Positions 60,835 through 64,000 of a stretch of DNA of 64,000 nt are shown piece after piece. This DNA is from Paracoccaceae bacterium (lineage in GTDB: Bacteria > Pseudomonadota > Alphaproteobacteria > Rhodobacterales > Rhodobacteraceae). Location: assembly GCA_041621405.1 (NCBI GenBank), contig JBFKAV010000004.1:939-64938 (forward strand), read 5' to 3'. Under the pieces are notes generated by a model. The model saw only the letters and a program-made list of their open reading frames with translations. It did no database searches and had not been told where the DNA came from. Positions within the stretch are counted from its first letter, which is position 1. Each line of letters begins with the position of its first letter. Both the position numbers and the translations under genes were made by a program.

Positions 60835-62100
60835 TCAGCCCGCCGAGGCGGGCTCCTTCTTGCCCTCGGCGTAGATCAGAAGCGGCTTCACGCCGGCAGT
60901 CACCGCCTCCTCGTTCACCACCACCTCTTCCACGCCCCTGAGACTCGGCAGCTCGAACATGGTTTCGAGCAGGATGTCCTCGAGGATCGAGCGCAGGCCC
61001 CGCGCCCCGGTCTTGCGGGCGATGGCGCGCTTGGCGATGGCCTTCAGCGCGTCGTCGGTGAAGGCGAGGTCGACGCCCTCGATCTCGAACAGCCGCTGAT
61101 ACTGCTTCACCAGCGCGTTCTTGGGCTCGGTCAGGATCGAGACCAGCGCCTCCTCGTCGAGGTCCTCCAGCGTAGCGATCACCGGCAGGCGGCCGACGAA
61201 TTCGGGGATCAGCCCGAACTTCAGGAGGTCCTCCGGCTCGAGCTGCTTGAACATGTCGCCCGCGCCGCGCGAGTCGGGCTCCTTCACCTCGGCACCGAAA
61301 CCGATTGCCGAACCCTTGCCGCGCTGGGCGATGATCTTCTCCAGGCCGGCGAAGGCGCCGCCGCAGATGAACAGGATGTTGGTGGTGTCGACCTGCAGGA
61401 ACTCCTGCTGCGGATGCTTGCGGCCGCCCTGCGGCGGCACGCTGGCGATGGTGCCCTCCATGATCTTCAGGAGCGCCTGCTGCACGCCCTCGCCCGAGAC
61501 ATCGCGGGTGATCGAGGGATTGTCGGACTTGCGGGTGATCTTGTCGACCTCGTCGATGTAAACGATGCCGCGCTGCGCGCGCTCGACGTTGTACTCGGAG
61601 GCCTGCAAGAGCTTGAGGATGATGTTCTCCACGTCCTCGCCGACGTAGCCGGCCTCGGTCAAGGTCGTGGCGTCGGCCATCGTGAAGGGCACGTCGAGGA
61701 TGCGCGCCAGGGTCTGCGCCAGAAGCGTCTTGCCGCAGCCGGTGGGGCCGATCAGCAGGATGTTCGACTTGGCCAGCTCGATGTCGTTCGACTTCTGGGC
61801 GTGGTTCAGCCGCTTGTAGTGGTTGTGCACCGCCACCGAAAGCACGCGCTTGGCATGGCCCTGGCCGATCACGTAGTCGTCCAGCACCTTGCAGATCTCG
61901 CGCGGCGTCGGCACCCCGTCGGAGGACTTCAGGCCATGGGCCTTGGTCTCCTCGCGGATGATGTCCATGCAGAGCTCGACGCATTCATCGCAGATGAAGA
62001 CGGTCGGGCCCGCGATCAGCTTGCGCACCTCGTGCTGGCTCTTGCCGCAGAACGAGCAGTAGAGCGTGTTCTTGCTGTCGCCGGAGGAAGTGTTCGCCAT
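60835..62100 (-). CDS. clpX: ATP-dependent Clp protease ATP-binding subunit ClpX
   Basis: 421 aa. It has the zinc-binding N-domain [26 protein letters not shown] and Walker A GPTGCGKT. Confidence 0.97.
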   Translation of the reverse strand: MANTSSGDSKNTLYCSFCGKSQHEVRKLIAGPTVFICDECVELCMDIIREETKAHGLKSSDGVPTPREICKVLDDYVIGQGHAKRVLSVAVHNHYKRLNHAQKSNDIELAKSNILLIGPTGCGKTLLAQTLARILDVPFTMADATTLTEAGYVGEDVENIILKLLQASEYNVERAQRGIVYIDEVDKITRKSDNPSITRDVSGEGVQQALLKIMEGTIASVPPQGGRKHPQQEFLQVDTTNILFICGGAFAGLEKIIAQRGKGSAIGFGAEVKEPDSRGAGDMFKQLEPEDLLKFGLIPEFVGRLPVIATLEDLDEEALVSILTEPKNALVKQYQRLFEIEGVDLAFTDDALKAIAKRAIARKTGARGLRSILEDILLETMFELPSLRGVEEVVVNEEAVTAGVKPLLIYAEGKKEPASAG

Positions 62101-62182
62101 CGCCTATCCCCTGCGGTTGCCCGCGCCTGTCCGGGGCCGCTCGCCGGGAAGTCTAGGCCAGCCCCCTTCCCTGCACAACGCC

Positions 62183-62206
62183 AAAAAAGCCCGTGTTTGC
62201 CGGGGC
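62183..62206 (-). terminator. intrinsic terminator/attenuator between clpP and clpX
   Basis: On the minus strand, a GC stem with one bulge (gccccg...cgggc) followed by TTTTTT lies immediately after the clpP stop. Confidence 0.45.
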
Positions 62207-62207
62207 C

Positions 62208-62840
62208 TCACGCGCTTTCCTCGCTCTCCTTGCCGCGGCTTTCCACGATCTCGTCGATCAGCCCCCAATCCTTCGCCATCTCGGCGGTCATGAAGTTGTC
62301 GCGCTCGAGTGCGGCTTCCACGGTCTCCAACTTCTGGCTGGTGTGCTTGACATAAATCTCGTTCAGCCGCCGCTTCAGTTTCAGCGTCTCCTCGGCGTGG
62401 ATCATGATGTCGGTGGCCTGGCCCTGGTAGCCGCCCGAGGGCTGGTGCACCATGATCCGGCTGTTCGGCAGCGAGAAGCGCATCCCCTTCTCGCCGGCGG
62501 CCAGGAGCAGCGAGCCCATCGAGGCCGCCTGCCCCACCACCAGCGTGGAGACCTTGGGCCGGATGTACTGCATGGTGTCATAGATCGAGAGCCCCGAGGT
62601 CACCACGCCGCCGGGCGAGTTGATGTACATCGAAATTTCCTTTGAGGGGTTCTCGGATTCCAGGAACAGAAGCTGCGCTACGATCAGGCTCGACAGACCG
62701 TCATGCACCGGCCCGGAGAGGAAGATGATCCGCTCCTTGAGAAGCCGCGAGTAGATGTCATAGGCGCGCTCGCCGCGCGACGTCTGTTCCACGACGATCG
62801 GAACGAGCGTGTTCATGTAGGTATCAAAGGGATCTTTCAT
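62208..62840 (-). CDS. clpP: ATP-dependent Clp protease proteolytic subunit ClpP
   Basis: 210 aa. The catalytic Ser context is GQAASMGS, the His context is MVHQPSGG, and the Asp region is present. Confidence 0.97.
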   Translation of the reverse strand: MKDPFDTYMNTLVPIVVEQTSRGERAYDIYSRLLKERIIFLSGPVHDGLSSLIVAQLLFLESENPSKEISMYINSPGGVVTSGLSIYDTMQYIRPKVSTLVVGQAASMGSLLLAAGEKGMRFSLPNSRIMVHQPSGGYQGQATDIMIHAEETLKLKRRLNEIYVKHTSQKLETVEAALERDNFMTAEMAKDWGLIDEIVESRGKESEESA

Positions 62841-62857
62841 CGTCCGCTGCCTCGTGT

Positions 62858-62884
62858 CCTCGGGGAATGTCTAAACCGCGAAAG
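62858..62884 (-). promoter_or_regulatory. weak sigma32-like promoter candidate for clpP
   Basis: The minus strand reads CTTTCG-N13-CCCCGAGG about 20 nt upstream of the clpP ATG. It matches the heat-shock consensus only partially. Confidence 0.2.
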
Positions 62885-63349
62885 CTTGACCGAGTCTTAG
62901 TGGCGCGCCCGAGGGGCCGCAAGGGAGGCCGGCCCGGCCGCGCACCGCCAGCAGGCCGCCCCGTCCGCCCGTGGCCCGGGGCGCTCCCGCCCGTCGCCGC
63001 CGATCGGAGATCGGCTCCTCCCGTTGGGCACGGCGCCGCGCGGTGCCCGCGCGGCGCGGTTCGGCGAGGCGGCCACGGGCGTCCGCCGTCCCACGGGGGC
63101 ACCCGAGGTCTCGACGCCTCTGGCCGCGACATCTGAGTCCCTAGGAAGGGGCCCGCCACGCCATGTCCCGCCCCGCAGCTCGGCGGCCTCGTCGCATCGC
63201 CGCCGCGGCTCCGCCGCAAGCGCAGCCCGGAGCCCCGGCGCGGGCCATGGGGTTTGGCCCGGCTGACACATAGCTGACGCGAAAATGAGTTTCCCGTGCG
63301 CGCCGTTTCCGGCAATCAGGGTCCGATGCTTCCAACCACGGAGCCCCGG

Positions 63350-64000
63350 ATGGTCCGCCTCGCCGCCCTGATGGCCCTCGGCCTCGCCGCCTTGCCTGCG
63401 CTCGCCGACCCCGATCCCTCGGACTGGGACGCGGTGCTGGCCGAGGCGCGCGGCCAGACGGTCTATTTCCACGCCTGGGGCGGCTCGGCGCAGGCCAACA
63501 GGTTCATCGCCTGGGCCGGGCAGCGGATCTCCGAGGACCATGGCGTCAGCGTCGAGCACGTCAAGCTCGCCGACACCGCCGACGCGGTCAGCCGGGTCGT
63601 CGCCGAGCGCGCGGCGGGACGAGACGAGGGCGGCGCGGTCGATCTGATCTGGATCAACGGCCCCAACTTCGCCTCGATGAAGGCGCAGGGCCTGCTCTTC
63701 GGCCCCTGGTCCGAAGACCTGCCCAACTGGTCGCTGACCGACCCGTCGACCAACGCCGCCCTCACCGCCGATTTCACGGTCCCGACCGAGGGGCTCGAGG
63801 CGCCCTGGGCGATGGCCCAGATCGTCTTCTGGCACGACACCGCGCAGGTTCCCGACCCGCCCAGCTCGATGGTGGAACTCGCTGAATGGGCCGAAGTCAA
63901 CCCCGGCCGCTTCGCGTTCCCGCAGCCGCCGGATTTCCTCGGCGTCACCTTCCTGAAGCAGGCGCTGGTCGAGCTTGCTCCCGGCGGTGGCGTCCTCGCC
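63350..64000 (+). CDS. ABC transporter periplasmic substrate-binding protein (YnjB-like), partial, continues beyond window end
   Basis: ATG 63350 gives signal peptide MVRLAALMALGLAALPALA, then TVYFHAWGGSAQANRFIAW...DLIWINGPNF. The frame is open to the window edge, so it is not in the ORF track. Confidence 0.72.
   Translation, partial: MVRLAALMALGLAALPALADPDPSDWDAVLAEARGQTVYFHAWGGSAQANRFIAWAGQRISEDHGVSVEHVKLADTADAVSRVVAERAAGRDEGGAVDLIWINGPNFASMKAQGLLFGPWSEDLPNWSLTDPSTNAALTADFTVPTEGLEAPWAMAQIVFWHDTAQVPDPPSSMVELAEWAEVNPGRFAFPQPPDFLGVTFLKQALVELAPGGGVLA

Noticed and set aside
62897-63835. 312-aa minus-strand ORF covering the clpP-SBP spacer and part of the SBP gene
   Set aside because: It is antisense to a plus-strand gene with a clear signal peptide. 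The composition is Arg/Gly/Pro-rich, so it is a high-GC artefact.

Overview
This is a high-GC (roughly 65-67%) alphaproteobacterial chromosome segment. Gene content and synteny look Rhodobacterales/Paracoccaceae-like: ctaC-ctaB-ctaG-ctaE-surf1-thrC, tldD, dprA-topA, scoAB, accBC-aat, mlaD, clpP-clpX. I can support about 70 protein-coding features from motifs I recognise in the translations. I ran no homology search, so all family calls come from motif recall, signal-peptide or TM patterns, start/stop geometry and third-position GC. I saw no rRNA, tRNA, CRISPR array, transposase, integrase or obvious insertion-sequence ends. Most of the window is housekeeping. Five parts deserve a second look. 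(1) A minus-strand operon at 41.0-45.7 kb has abutting or overlapping reading frames. It encodes a CheY-like receiver, a 2-TM peptide, a sodium:solute-symporter-fused histidine kinase and a FliM/FliN-like switch protein with a long disordered tail. No other flagellar or chemotaxis gene is nearby. An XRE/DUF2083-type regulator and an acyl-CoA ligase lie upstream. (2) A complete Tad/Flp pilus locus spans 22.7-33.5 kb. It has two tandem Flp pilins carrying a non-canonical D-W core, internal intrinsic terminators, two TPR lipoproteins and a small orphan lipoprotein. An uncharacterised AAA+ ATPase (33.6-34.9 kb) follows it. (3) A blh-like sulfide/persulfide detoxification cluster (38.6-40.8 kb) has no BigR/SqrR-type repressor gene but has a near-consensus promoter overlapped by an inverted repeat. 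(4) A gene-decay zone (47-52.6 kb) holds remnants of an SDR, an M20 amidohydrolase (with an in-frame TAG) and possibly a TetR gene. (5) A cupin gene has a probable homopolymer frameshift at about 59.51 kb. Two long spacers (dprA-topA and clpP-SBP) remain unexplained. The many long antisense ORFs in the track are high-GC artefacts.
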